Shown one piece after another: positions 1-9,134 of a stretch of 64,000 bases of DNA. The stretch is from contig JAHFLD010000002.1 in assembly GCA_023245035.1 (NCBI GenBank), forward strand, positions 67,297 through 131,296, written 5' to 3'. This DNA comes from Candidatus Harrisonbacteria bacterium. Its GTDB lineage: Bacteria > Patescibacteriota > Minisyncoccia > UBA6257 > 1-14-0-10-40-38. A model generated the notes under the pieces. The model saw only the letters and a program-made list of their open reading frames with translations, did not search any database and was not told the DNA's origin. A program made the translations under genes and the position numbers. Positions within the stretch are counted from its first letter, which is position 1. Every line of letters starts with the position of its first letter.

Positions 1-1
1 C

Positions 2-718
2 GCGGTGATTAATGGAATTCGCGAGCGAACACGGGCTCATCTGATTACTTATGGATTCGAGTCCGAGGCCGATTTACGAATTGCTAATTTTGAAACGCGG
101 ATTGAAAACCAGTTACCGGTGGGAATTTCTTTCAAACTGCAATATGCCGGAAGTTTTGTTCCCGTCCGGTTGGATGGCTGTTTTGGTCGCGGTGCCGCTT
201 ATGCCGCCGCGGCCGCCGCCGGCGTGGGTATTGTTTTCGGCCTACACCTAGTGCAGATATCCGACGCGCTCTTGAGTTATCGTTCACCAGAGCATCGGAT
301 GCGCTTGCTCTCGGGAATCAAGGGCACGCGAATAATTGACGATGCTTATAACGCCTCGCCGCTTTCTGTTCTGGAGGCGATCCGAACGGTTAAGGAGTTG
401 CCGGCTAAGAGAAGGGTGGCCATTTTGGGGGATATGTTGGAGCTGGGCAAATATTCCCTGGAGGCACACGAAGCCGTTGGCCGCGCCGCGGCTAAGGCGT
501 TTGATTTTTTGATAACCGTCGGGCCGCGGGCAAAATTTATCGCCGAATCCGCGGCGGCGACCCGATATCCCGCAAAGAGCGTGCTGACTTTTGATACCGC
601 GCGCGAGGCGGCGAAAATCGCGCCCGCTCATTTGCGCCGCGGCGACTTGGTGCTTATCAAGGCTTCGCGCGGAATCCATTTGGAAGAGGTGGTTGAGGCT
701 TTAAGCGAATCGCGATAA
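2..718 (+). CDS. murF: UDP-N-acetylmuramoyl-tripeptide--D-Ala-D-Ala ligase, 5'-truncated by window edge
   Basis: Mur ligase C-terminal motifs IIDDAYNASP, ILGDMLELG, VLIKASRG. Confidence 0.9.
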   Translation, partial: AVINGIRERTRAHLITYGFESEADLRIANFETRIENQLPVGISFKLQYAGSFVPVRLDGCFGRGAAYAAAAAAGVGIVFGLHLVQISDALLSYRSPEHRMRLLSGIKGTRIIDDAYNASPLSVLEAIRTVKELPAKRRVAILGDMLELGKYSLEAHEAVGRAAAKAFDFLITVGPRAKFIAESAAATRYPAKSVLTFDTAREAAKIAPAHLRRGDLVLIKASRGIHLEEVVEALSESR

Positions 719-765
719 AGTTTGCCCTTTCGGGTTTTTTTGCGCTATCATTTAATCCTAATTAT

Positions 766-840
766 GGCCCTATCGTCTAATGGCTAGGACGATTGGTTCT
801 CAGCCAATAAATCGGGGTTCGATCCCCCGTGGGGCCGCCA
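766..840 (+). tRNA. tRNA-Glu(CTC)
   Basis: Acceptor stem GGCCCTA/TGGGGCC, anticodon arm ATTGG-TTCTCAG-CCAAT, GGTTCGATCC T-loop, encoded CCA. Confidence 0.95.
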
Positions 841-877
841 TTAAAAAGGTGATGTTTCGCGGATAAATTTCGACCTC

Positions 878-1246
878 ATGACTTATCTTAAACGACTGGC
901 GAACTTTCCCTTGTGGCGCGATCCGTTTTTGCGAGGCGTGAATATTTTTTCTCTGCTGATCGTTGGTTTGCTTTATGTGTTGACTCGGATAAAAATCGGC
1001 GGTTTGGATCATTTATTGATTCTTCATTTCGACAGTTTTCGGGGCATCGATTCTTTGGGGACGCCGCTTCAGGCGCGGGGCTTTTTGTTTTTGGGCGTTC
1101 TCTTTTTTTGCTTGCAATGTTTGTTGGTTCCACCGCTCTATCGCCGCTACCGACTTTTCGCTTATCTGGAATCATTTTGTACCGCTTTTTGCCTGTTCTT
1201 GCTTTTGGCCGGGCTTTTAGTTATCATTACGGTCAATCAATTATGA
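878..1246 (+). CDS. Hypothetical membrane protein
   Basis: 122-aa ORF with three hydrophobic segments; ATGA overlap with rplU. Confidence 0.7.
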   Translation: MTYLKRLANFPLWRDPFLRGVNIFSLLIVGLLYVLTRIKIGGLDHLLILHFDSFRGIDSLGTPLQARGFLFLGVLFFCLQCLLVPPLYRRYRLFAYLESFCTAFCLFLLLAGLLVIITVNQL

Positions 1247-1551
1247 CGTTCGCAATTATAGCTACCGGAGGTAAACAATATCGAGTCGCCGAGGGCGACA
1301 CGCTGGAGATTGAGAAGCTGGATCTGCCCGAGGGCGGGGAGGTGGTTTTTGATCGGGTTTTGCTGACTTCGCATGGAGATAACGTAAATGTTGGCAAGCC
1401 GACGGTGGCAAGCGCGGTGGTGCGGGGCAAGGTTTTGGCTCAATTCCGCGGAGAAAAGAAGATTGTTTTTAAGTATCATTCCAAGACCCGACGCCGTAAG
1501 ATGAAGGGGCATAGGCAGTCGCTGACAAGAGTACAAATAACCAAGATATAA
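1243..1551 (+). CDS. rplU: 50S ribosomal protein L21
   Basis: MTFAIIATGGKQYRV...KGHRQSLT; start is the internal ATG of ORF 913..1551. Confidence 0.97.
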   Translation: MTFAIIATGGKQYRVAEGDTLEIEKLDLPEGGEVVFDRVLLTSHGDNVNVGKPTVASAVVRGKVLAQFRGEKKIVFKYHSKTRRRKMKGHRQSLTRVQITKI

Positions 1552-1562
1552 AGCGCCTTGTT

Positions 1563-1770
1563 TTTTTCTTGTATTGCTTCGTTGCGGACTGCGCGACTTG
1601 GTCGCTGTACTCGATTGAGTACAGCTCGGTCGTCTGCTCGCTCGCGCCTCGCACTCCAAGAAAAATCCTGCGGCGTGTTTTTCTAGTTTGCCTTAAAAAA
1701 TCCTGCGCTGATGTAGTCTTGCATCATTTTGTTGTGACTGCGCGCTCGCACTCCAAGAAAAATTCTGCGG
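1563..1770. repeat. Intergenic palindromic repeat family A (GTAC hairpin)
   Basis: GCTGTACTC-GATT-GAGTACAGC at 1604-1625; the block AAAAATCCTGCGCTGATG.AGTCTTGCATC is shared with 13566-13595. Confidence 0.75.
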
Positions 1771-1930
1771 GGTGGGTTTTCTATCTTATATTTTTCTGGA
1801 ACTTCGGGTAAAGTTTTGCCGATTTTTTTAGCTAAGTCATTTTTCGAACTATCTCAAAAATCCGGTGGCGGTTTTTCTTTTTCTTTTTGCGGGGTGTATA
1901 CTTATTTTAGTCCTTTTTTTGGAGCTCCTA

Positions 1931-2212
1931 ATGCCAGCGATTAGAATCGTTAAGACGCCCAAAGGCGAAGCGCCTCTTTGGGTTCGCCAAGCTTGGATTG
2001 GCTGTGAAATACCGCTACTGGGAATATCTACCGACGCGAGAGGTCTTTGGACTCGCGCCCGGGCTAAACAAGGATATGCCGTCAGAGCTTTGGATGCGTT
2101 TTCGGCTCTAGTGGATATTAATCCCGAAGCGAATAAGTGGTGGATGAAAAATTTCCCCAATTTCTATCGGGAAATTCTAGTGTTCCAGTGCTCCGCCTGT
2201 GTTCGTGTGTAG
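1931..2212 (+). CDS. Hypothetical protein
   Basis: ATG 1931 preceded by GGAG; followed by terminator hairpin. Confidence 0.7.
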   Translation: MPAIRIVKTPKGEAPLWVRQAWIGCEIPLLGISTDARGLWTRARAKQGYAVRALDAFSALVDINPEANKWWMKNFPNFYREILVFQCSACVRV

Positions 2213-2225
2213 TCGAAGTCCAGAC

Positions 2226-2250
2226 AGAAGCGCCATGAGGCGCTTCTTTT
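2226..2250 (+). terminator. Intrinsic terminator
   Basis: AGAAGCGCC-ATGA-GGCGCTTCT + T tract. Confidence 0.7.
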
Positions 2251-2251
2251 A

Positions 2252-2857
2252 TTAGTTTCGGCTGGCTAAGGCACCGCCCAGGGTTTCTTCGTCGGCGAAT
2301 TCAACTTCACCGCCGGTTGGGAGTCCTCGGCCGAGGCGGGTTATTTTTTTGGCGAAGGGTTTCATCTCTTGAATCAGACTAATCGCTCCAAGTTCGCCAT
2401 AGGCGGTGTGATTGAGAGCGATAATTAATTCGTTGAACTTTCCCTCGGGTTTAATTTCTCGCGCCCGTTCCTGCAGTTTTTTAAGGCGTCTTTTTTCTTC
2501 CGGTTCCAAAAGGCCGTCTTTGGCAAGCTCGCCCAAGACGCAATAGCGCCCGCTGAACTTTCCGGTTTTTTCGAGCGAGAGCAGATCGGTCTCTTTCTCA
2601 ACAACCGCGACTATGGTCGGATTTCTTTGGGGATTTCGGCAGATGGCGCACTGCTTGCCCTCGGATACGGGCATGATGTTGTGGCAAAGCTCGCATTGCG
2701 TAAGTCCGCTTAGACCGGTTAGCGCCGAGGCGAGGCTGGCGATTTTTTTGTTACCCTCGCGCGCCAGATAAAAAGCGATTCGAGTTGCTTGGCGGGGGCC
2801 GATACCGGGAAGCTTAGCCGCCTCAGCGGCAAATTTTTTAATGGAGTCCGGAGTCAT
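2252..2857 (-). CDS. recR: Recombination protein RecR
   Basis: LPGIGPRQATR HhH, CxxC...CxxC zinc finger, Toprim, GLPTGGEVEFAD. Confidence 0.95.
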   Translation of the reverse strand: MTPDSIKKFAAEAAKLPGIGPRQATRIAFYLAREGNKKIASLASALTGLSGLTQCELCHNIMPVSEGKQCAICRNPQRNPTIVAVVEKETDLLSLEKTGKFSGRYCVLGELAKDGLLEPEEKRRLKKLQERAREIKPEGKFNELIIALNHTAYGELGAISLIQEMKPFAKKITRLGRGLPTGGEVEFADEETLGGALASRN

Positions 2858-2873
2858 GTGATTGGAGCGAGTT

Positions 2874-4223
2874 TTAGAGTTCGCCGTGCATGGTGTCGAT
2901 GGACAGGAAGGAGGTGCGTTCGGCGTCAAATTTTAATTTAACATTGCCGAGCGGTCCGTTGCGGTGTTTGGCAACGTGGATTTCCGCCAGATTTTCTTCT
3001 TCCTGGCTGACGCTCAACTTATCGCGGTCTTTGCGGTAGATGAACATAACCACGTCGCTGTCTTGCTCGATGGAACCGCTTTCGCGCAAGTCAGAGAGGC
3101 GGGGCACTTTGACTTCGCGTTGATCAACGGCGCGCGAGAGCTGGGAGAGGGCGAGGACCGGGATTTTGAGTTCGCGGGCAATGCCTTTGAGGCCGCGGGA
3201 AATTTCGGTAATCTGCTGAACAATGTTGTCGGAGGTGGTCCGTGGTTGAATTAGCTGGAGATAGTCAACGATTAACATCGAAAGTCCGTGTTCCATTTGC
3301 AGGCGGCGCGCCATGGAGCGAATTTGCAGGACGTTGGGCGAGGAGGAGTCGTCAATAAAGAGCGGAGCTTCGGAGAGGGTATTAAGGGCGTTTTGAATCA
3401 TGGCGAAGTCGTTTTCGTCGCTGATTTTTCCGGTGCGCAATTTCCAGAGCGGCACTTGGGATTCGGCTGAGATGATGCGGTCAATGACCTGTTCGCGCGA
3501 CATCTCCAGCGAAAAGATGCCCACCGGTTTTTTTTCTTTAACGGCAATGTGGCGGGCGATATCGAGAGCCAGGGAGGTTTTACCCAGCGAGGGGCGGGCG
3601 CCGAGTACGATCATGTCGGACGGCTGGAAGCCGGAGAGGATGTTATCAATTCCCGGGAAGCCGCTGCCTAGGCCGCGAATTCCGCCTTCCCCGCGGTGGA
3701 GGCGTTCAATCCGTTCGTAGGCGCCCGCGAGTTCGTCTTTGATGGCGACAAATTTTTGACTGACCGAGTTTTGCGATATGGCAAAAATTTTCTGCTCGAT
3801 GTTGTCCAGAGTGTCTTCAATTGGGTCGCCTTCGCGAAAGGCGCTTTCGGCTATTTCGGTTGAGGCGTTAATCAGGTCGCGGAGAATTTTTTTCTCGCGA
3901 ACGATGCGAGCGTAGTGAACTACGTGCGAAGCGGTGGGGACGGCGTTTAGAAGACTGCTAAGAGTGGCCGCGCCGCCAATGTCTTCTAGCATGCGTTCAT
4001 CTTTCAATTGGGCGGTGACGGTCAAAATGTCTATCGGCTGATGTTTTTCAAATAACTTGAGCATCGCCTCGTAGATCCGGCTGTGGGTCGGCTTATAAAA
4101 ATCTTCGGGGCGCAGGACGTCGGCAACTTTAATAAAGGCGTCCTTGTCCATCATAAGAGCGCCTAAAACTGACTCCTCCGCGTCAATATTTTGCGGCGGG
4201 ATTTTTGGATTGATGGCTAACAT
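2874..4223 (-). CDS. dnaB: Replicative DNA helicase
   Basis: PPQNIDAEESVLG, GARPSLGKT, IVDYLQL, DLRESGSIEQD, KHRNGP. Confidence 0.98.
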   Translation of the reverse strand: MLAINPKIPPQNIDAEESVLGALMMDKDAFIKVADVLRPEDFYKPTHSRIYEAMLKLFEKHQPIDILTVTAQLKDERMLEDIGGAATLSSLLNAVPTASHVVHYARIVREKKILRDLINASTEIAESAFREGDPIEDTLDNIEQKIFAISQNSVSQKFVAIKDELAGAYERIERLHRGEGGIRGLGSGFPGIDNILSGFQPSDMIVLGARPSLGKTSLALDIARHIAVKEKKPVGIFSLEMSREQVIDRIISAESQVPLWKLRTGKISDENDFAMIQNALNTLSEAPLFIDDSSSPNVLQIRSMARRLQMEHGLSMLIVDYLQLIQPRTTSDNIVQQITEISRGLKGIARELKIPVLALSQLSRAVDQREVKVPRLSDLRESGSIEQDSDVVMFIYRKDRDKLSVSQEEENLAEIHVAKHRNGPLGNVKLKFDAERTSFLSIDTMHGEL

Positions 4224-4232
4224 AAAGAGAAT

Positions 4233-5639
4233 CTAGCTCGTTGCTTTGGAGATAAAACTTCCGAGGGGCGTGTCTTCTATGGTGTATCCTAATCCTTCCA
4301 GTTCTTTTCTTAAAGCGTCGGAGTGCATAAACTGTTGATGATTTCGCAGTGTGTCACGGCGGGCGGCGATTTTAAGCACGGCGCGGGGGATTTTGTCGCC
4401 GGTTGGTTCAAATCCGAGCCAGGCCAGTTTTTCGTTTAGCATTTTTTTGACTTCACGGGCTTCGCTTTTATTCAGCCGCCAAATAATCGGCTCGTAAGAA
4501 CCGATCAACTTGAAGACGCTCGCGATGGCGGCCGGAGTTTGAAAGCCGTTTTCCAGATGGCGCAGGTATTCTTCGGCGAAGTTTTCTTTGATTCTTGCGG
4601 TGTCCGGAGGGGTGGTTGTGTTTTTGGCGACGCTCGCGACAAAATCAAGTTTGCGGAGAAAGTTTTTAATTCCCAAAATAGCTTTTTCGGCATCCGTGAA
4701 ACTGCCGGCCGTCAGGTTGATTGTGTGGCGGTAGTCGTGCTGGAGAAATAACAGGCGCAGAGCGTCGGCGGAGTTTTTCCCCAGATATTCGTTAATGGTG
4801 ATGAAGTTCTTGAGACTTTTGGACATTTTTTTGCCGTCAACATTAACGAGGCCAATATGCGCCCAGTGGCGAACGAAGGGTTTTTTGCCGGAGGCAGATT
4901 CTTGCTGGGCAATCTCAGCTTCGTGATGGGGAAAGGTTAAATCAACGCCACCGCCGTGCAGATCGTATTGCTGGCCAAGGTGATGTTCGGAAATGGCGGT
5001 GTCTTCGATGTGCCAGCCGGGCCGGCCGTCGCCGAAGTTTGCTCGCCAGCTTGGCTCGCCATCGCGCTTAAACTTCCACAGACAGAAGTCGCCCCGGTTT
5101 CTTTTTTGGTCGCTTGCATCTATGCGAGAGGTGCCGTCTTCGGCTTGCTCCACCGTGCGTCCGGCCAGTTGTCCGTAGTCCGAAAAAGTTTTCAAGTCAA
5201 AATACCAGCCGTCATTTTCTATCTTGTAGGCGTGGCCTTTGGCGATGAGGGTTTCGATCTGGCGTTTGATATCTTTGATATATTTGGTCGCGAGGGCGTA
5301 GCGGTCTACGGAAATAACGCCCAGCGAACGCATATTTTTTTGGTAGGCGCGGAGGTATCTTTGAGCGATGGCCTTGGGGGTGGCGTTTTCTTCGCGGGCC
5401 TTGGCGATAATTTTGTCGTCAATGTCGGTGATGTTTTGGAGGTAGAAGATTTTTTTGCCTTGCGAGCGCCAGAAGCGAACAAGGGTGTCGAAGGTAAGAT
5501 AGACGCGGGCGTTGCCGAGGTGAGGGTCGTCGTAGACGGTTGGGCCGCAGACAAAAAGGTTGAGGTTCTTTTTCGTGGGGAAGACGATCTCGGATTCGGT
5601 TTTGGTTAGTGTGTTATAGAGGCGCATGCTATTTTTCAT
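4233..5639 (-). CDS. cysS: Cysteine--tRNA ligase
   Basis: CGPTVYD, HLGN, GRPGWHIE, FPHHE, KMSKS. Confidence 0.97.
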   Translation of the reverse strand: MKNSMRLYNTLTKTESEIVFPTKKNLNLFVCGPTVYDDPHLGNARVYLTFDTLVRFWRSQGKKIFYLQNITDIDDKIIAKAREENATPKAIAQRYLRAYQKNMRSLGVISVDRYALATKYIKDIKRQIETLIAKGHAYKIENDGWYFDLKTFSDYGQLAGRTVEQAEDGTSRIDASDQKRNRGDFCLWKFKRDGEPSWRANFGDGRPGWHIEDTAISEHHLGQQYDLHGGGVDLTFPHHEAEIAQQESASGKKPFVRHWAHIGLVNVDGKKMSKSLKNFITINEYLGKNSADALRLLFLQHDYRHTINLTAGSFTDAEKAILGIKNFLRKLDFVASVAKNTTTPPDTARIKENFAEEYLRHLENGFQTPAAIASVFKLIGSYEPIIWRLNKSEAREVKKMLNEKLAWLGFEPTGDKIPRAVLKIAARRDTLRNHQQFMHSDALRKELEGLGYTIEDTPLGSFISKATS

Positions 5640-5706
5640 TATATGGGAAATTGAGTAGCTTCGCTACGGTACCGTTTCGGTGATTTTTTGTGATAAGATT
5701 ATTTAC

Positions 5707-6783
5707 ATGCAGACGATTTTGGTTATTTTGGGCGTGGTGGTTTTGGCGGGCTTTTGGTTGATTTATCGGGAAGTCAAAAAATCCAGAGAGGTAAAGCCCG
5801 ACGGTACGCCGATGGTGCTGTTGCAGAATCAGCTTACGGAATTAAGCCGGGTTTTGGATATGAAGCTTGGCGAGTCAACGAAGACACTGGATACCAAACT
5901 CTCGGAGTCCACGCAGGCGATGCAGAGGCAGTTTGGCGAAAGCGCCCGGATCGTGCGCGATGTAACCGAGCGTCTGACCAAGCTTGATGAAACCAATCGA
6001 CAGGTGGTGGGTTTTGCCGATCAGCTTAAAAATCTGCAGGATATTTTGAAGAATCCGAAACAGCGGGGAATTTTGGGCGAATATTATCTGGAAACGGTTT
6101 TGAAAAATGTCTTGCCGCCGGGTTCGTATGAGATGCAATACAAGTTCAAGAACGGAGTGATTGTGGATGCGGTGGTTTTTTTGGCGGCGCGCATTGTTCC
6201 GGTGGATTCCAAATTTAGTTTGGAAAATTACAATCGGATTTTGGAGGCGCGGGAGCCGTTGCAAAAGAAGCAGTATGAGAGCGCTTTTTTGTCGGATATC
6301 AAAACAAGAATTGACGAAACTTCTAAATATGTGAAGCCGGAGGAAAATACGATGGACTTTGCGTTTATGTTTATTCCATCCGAGGCGGTTTATTACGACT
6401 TGTTGATTAATAAGGTTGGGGCGGTGGAGAGCGATACCAATAGCTTAATTGGCTACGCCGCCAAGAAAAAAGTCATTATTGTTTCGCCGACATCTTTTTT
6501 GGCCTATCTGCAAACGGTTTTGCAGGGGCTTAAAAATCAAAAAATATCCGAGGAGGCGCAGGGGATCGTGAAACACGTGGAGAATTTGGGGCGGCACCTC
6601 GCCGCTTTTGAGGATTTTTTGCAGAAAATGGGGAAGAACTTGGGAACGACGGTGGGAATGTATAACAGCGCCTACAAGGAGTTTGGCAAGATTGATAAGG
6701 ATGTTTTGAAAATTACCGGAACGGCGACGGGGGTTTTGCCGACCTTGGTGGAGAAGCCGAGCGCGCAGGAGGAGATGTTTTAA
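5707..6783 (+). CDS. rmuC: DNA recombination protein RmuC
   Basis: N-terminal TM + coiled coil, NPKQRGILGE, VDSKF, DFAFMFIPSE, SPT motifs. Confidence 0.92.
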   Translation: MQTILVILGVVVLAGFWLIYREVKKSREVKPDGTPMVLLQNQLTELSRVLDMKLGESTKTLDTKLSESTQAMQRQFGESARIVRDVTERLTKLDETNRQVVGFADQLKNLQDILKNPKQRGILGEYYLETVLKNVLPPGSYEMQYKFKNGVIVDAVVFLAARIVPVDSKFSLENYNRILEAREPLQKKQYESAFLSDIKTRIDETSKYVKPEENTMDFAFMFIPSEAVYYDLLINKVGAVESDTNSLIGYAAKKKVIIVSPTSFLAYLQTVLQGLKNQKISEEAQGIVKHVENLGRHLAAFEDFLQKMGKNLGTTVGMYNSAYKEFGKIDKDVLKITGTATGVLPTLVEKPSAQEEMF

Positions 6784-6950
6784 CAGAACACACATCCGGC
6801 GCATTTCTCCCTTCGGGAGACAGGTTTTTGTTGCGGGCTGTGCTGCTCAACGCTGTACTTGCATAAGTACAGCTCATTCCGTGGCGCAAACTGCCCGCCC
6901 GAACGTAATGAAGTTCGGTACGGGCGGGCATCCGGATGTGTTTGTTCTGT
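6783..6950. repeat. Intergenic palindromic repeat family A
   Basis: Outer IR ACAGAACACACATCCGG...CCGGATGTGTTTGTTCTGT; core GCTGTACTT-GCAT-AAGTACAGC 6852-6873; similar to 11128-11270. Confidence 0.8.
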
Positions 6951-7012
6951 CGATGCCTTCTGAATGATTATCGAACTAGGTCTTGAAAATATGAATGCAG
7001 AATCTAGGACAA

Positions 7013-7039
7013 GAAAAAAGCCGCTTGGGGAAGCGGCTT
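7013..7039 (-). terminator. Intrinsic terminator of the minus-strand orphan operon
   Basis: On minus strand AAGCCGC-TTCCCCAA-GCGGCTT + T tract. Confidence 0.65.
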
Positions 7040-7071
7040 GTGTGAATTTTTGTCTTGTCGGGGGTGGCTTT

Positions 7072-7395
7072 TCATTTGTGATTGCGAAAGATCAGGTACC
7101 ACGCAATAGCGATACGGGCGAAGTTGTCATTGCCGCCGCCGTTTCGGGGAATCATGATGTCTTTGTCAATAATGCAAGCCACGAAAGCAAAGATCGCTGC
7201 TGTAATAAGTAGAATCTCTGTGGGTCTGTCTAGGCGGTTGGAATGATTACGATATTTCCTTGCTAGCTCGTATTGACCGCGATCGCACGCTTCTGAATCT
7301 TTACTGTCACAATAAAACTTTCTAAACACCAAAAGCATCCCCAGCGTAAGCGAACCGACACTCGCAAGGGCTAGAATCAAGCCTAATAGATTCAT
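7072..7395 (-). CDS. Hypothetical membrane protein
   Basis: AAGGAG SD; abuts upstream ORF; two hydrophobic segments. Confidence 0.6.
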   Translation of the reverse strand: MNLLGLILALASVGSLTLGMLLVFRKFYCDSKDSEACDRGQYELARKYRNHSNRLDRPTEILLITAAIFAFVACIIDKDIMIPRNGGGNDNFARIAIAWYLIFRNHK

Positions 7396-7848
7396 TTACT
7401 TTCTCCTTAAGGGCGGAAGGCGTATCTGCTTGCCGTGAAAGTGCTCCACGGGTATTTCGATCAGTTTTCGCTTCAAGTCCTCTTGAGCTTTGGTCTTGGC
7501 AAAAAACGATTCAACCAGCTCCTCTTTTCTCGCCCGAGGAAGATCGGTGAGCAGATGATGGGGTAGGGTATTTTTTGCTTCGCTGATAGCCAAAAGTATG
7601 AGTCGCAGAGACAAATCTTCTTCGGTGATTTTGCGGAGATCAATGTTGGTTGTGTTGGGGTCTATCTTGCGGTCACTGTTCTGACCAAAAAGGCGCATGG
7701 TCGAACCGTAGTCGGTAATGTATTTCATGGCGATCAACAATCCTTCAACGCGCAATTCATCAATTTCCGGAGTTCGGTCTGGCGCTTCAAACATGTCTCT
7801 GGCCAGGTGTTCGGCCAGCATCAGCATGCCGCGGAAGGTTGGATCCAT
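7396..7848 (-). CDS. Hypothetical protein
   Basis: 150 aa, AAGGA SD, operon spacing. Confidence 0.65.
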   Translation of the reverse strand: MDPTFRGMLMLAEHLARDMFEAPDRTPEIDELRVEGLLIAMKYITDYGSTMRLFGQNSDRKIDPNTTNIDLRKITEEDLSLRLILLAISEAKNTLPHHLLTDLPRARKEELVESFFAKTKAQEDLKRKLIEIPVEHFHGKQIRLPPLRRK

Positions 7849-7859
7849 GAGTCGTCCTT

Positions 7860-8180
7860 TCAGTTTCCGGTTTGGGTTTGGTGGCGAAGTTTTAAGATCA
7901 AGATCTTGTCGGCAGTGTCTTCAATGAGCTTTTCCATTTCGACTTGAGTCATCTCGGTAACGTCGCGGGGCGATTCTCCTAGCGATTCCAGAATTTCCGC
8001 TCCCATCAACGCCTTGACGAGCATCATTTCCGGGCGGTGCCAATTGGAGCCGTGCTTGTTCTTGAGATAGGCCTGCAATTCAAACTTGAGCTCGTTACTG
8101 AGGACTAGTTTCTTCTGAAGGCGAAGGCGCTCAATTACAAGCGCGAAGGCGATTGTAATCTTGTCGGTAATGTCTTCCAC
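7860..8180 (-). CDS. Hypothetical protein
   Basis: GTG start (VEDITDK) after AAGAAAGGA; helical charged sequence. Confidence 0.6.
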   Translation of the reverse strand: MEDITDKITIAFALVIERLRLQKKLVLSNELKFELQAYLKNKHGSNWHRPEMMLVKALMGAEILESLGESPRDVTEMTQVEMEKLIEDTADKILILKLRHQTQTGN

Positions 8181-8289
8181 GGCGATTCCTTTCTTGTGAG
8201 TGGTTGTCAACGAACCGCAATCAGATTATTTGTTTGTGATGATTTTGTCAAATTGGGCGCGGAGTCTTGGACCAAGGTACAATGGGTAA

Positions 8290-8997
8290 ATGAACCGCTT
8301 GATTGAGCGTCGCCGAGCTCAAGTTCTCTACGACTTAAAGTGGAAGAAGTTTTTACGGCGGGCGCGATTTTTTCGACTGGCGCCGTTTTTGGATTTTGTG
8401 ATTGGCGCCGGCTCCATGGCGTTGGGGGAGGTGAGTCCGGATTCGGATTTTGACGTGATTGTGGGCGCAAGACGGGGAAGGATTTTTACGGTGCGCTTTT
8501 TTTGCGCCGTTATTTTTGGTTTTTTGGGCTGGCGCCGTTCGCGATTGGATCACAAGATTCTGGCTTCGGACAAGCTTTGTTTTAATCATTTTGTAACCGA
8601 AAATTCTTATCGTTTGGCGCCACCATACAATAATTACTGGCGAGAACTTTATCCAAAGCTGATTCCGGTTTGGGGAGCGCTAGAGATAATTTCCCGTTTT
8701 TTGGCGGCGAACGGAGAGTGGGTCAAGATGCCGGATTTTTTGCCGGTTGATTTGCGCTATATTTCCGGTTCGGCTTCGCGGCCGGCGATTTTTCTGGAGC
8801 GAATACTTTCCGGACGATTTGGAGATTTTGTGGAAGGTGTTTTGCGCGCGGTTCAAGTCTGGAAAATTAAACGGGGCTTAGCGCATCATCCGCAGGCCGA
8901 TAAGTTGCGAATGGCTTATAGCGACGATTTGCTGGAGTTTCATACGAAAAATAAGTTGGTACGGCGCGATGGGAATAGAGATTGCATCAGCGAATAA
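8290..8997 (+). CDS. Nucleotidyltransferase-domain protein (pol-beta fold)
   Basis: GAGSMA...DSDFDV motif. Confidence 0.7.
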   Translation: MNRLIERRRAQVLYDLKWKKFLRRARFFRLAPFLDFVIGAGSMALGEVSPDSDFDVIVGARRGRIFTVRFFCAVIFGFLGWRRSRLDHKILASDKLCFNHFVTENSYRLAPPYNNYWRELYPKLIPVWGALEIISRFLAANGEWVKMPDFLPVDLRYISGSASRPAIFLERILSGRFGDFVEGVLRAVQVWKIKRGLAHHPQADKLRMAYSDDLLEFHTKNKLVRRDGNRDCISE

Positions 8998-9012
8998 CGG
9001 ATCTTTTACGAA

Positions 9013-9063
9013 CCCGCCTCCGCTCGACCTGCCTTCCGGCAGGCAGGGCTACTGACGGGCAAG
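9013..9063. repeat. Nested palindromic repeat family B
   Basis: CCCGCCTCCGCTCGA-CCTGCCTTCCGGCAGGCAGG-GCTACTGACGGGCAAG; copies at 27140 and 40810. Confidence 0.8.
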
Positions 9064-9098
9064 TGTACGAATAAAAGAGCGGACAAGACAAAGCGGGT

Positions 9099-9128
9099 TT
9101 GACAAATAATGGCTTTATTTGCTATGTT
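9099..9128 (+). promoter_or_regulatory. Sigma70-type promoter of the guide array
   Basis: TTGACA (9099-9104), 18 nt, TATGTT (9123-9128) with extended -10 TG; predicted +1 coincides with unit 1 start (about 9135). Confidence 0.75.
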
Positions 9129-9134
9129 TGGTTG

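Noticed and set aside
913-1242. N-terminal extensions of rplU (likewise recR, rplV, pyrC) in the ORF track
   Set aside because: They overlap upstream genes; conserved domains begin at internal ATGs.
8290-8997. Nucleotidyltransferase as a component of the guide system
   Set aside because: It has its own leaderless-type start and is separated by repeats and a new promoter; only adjacency supports a link.
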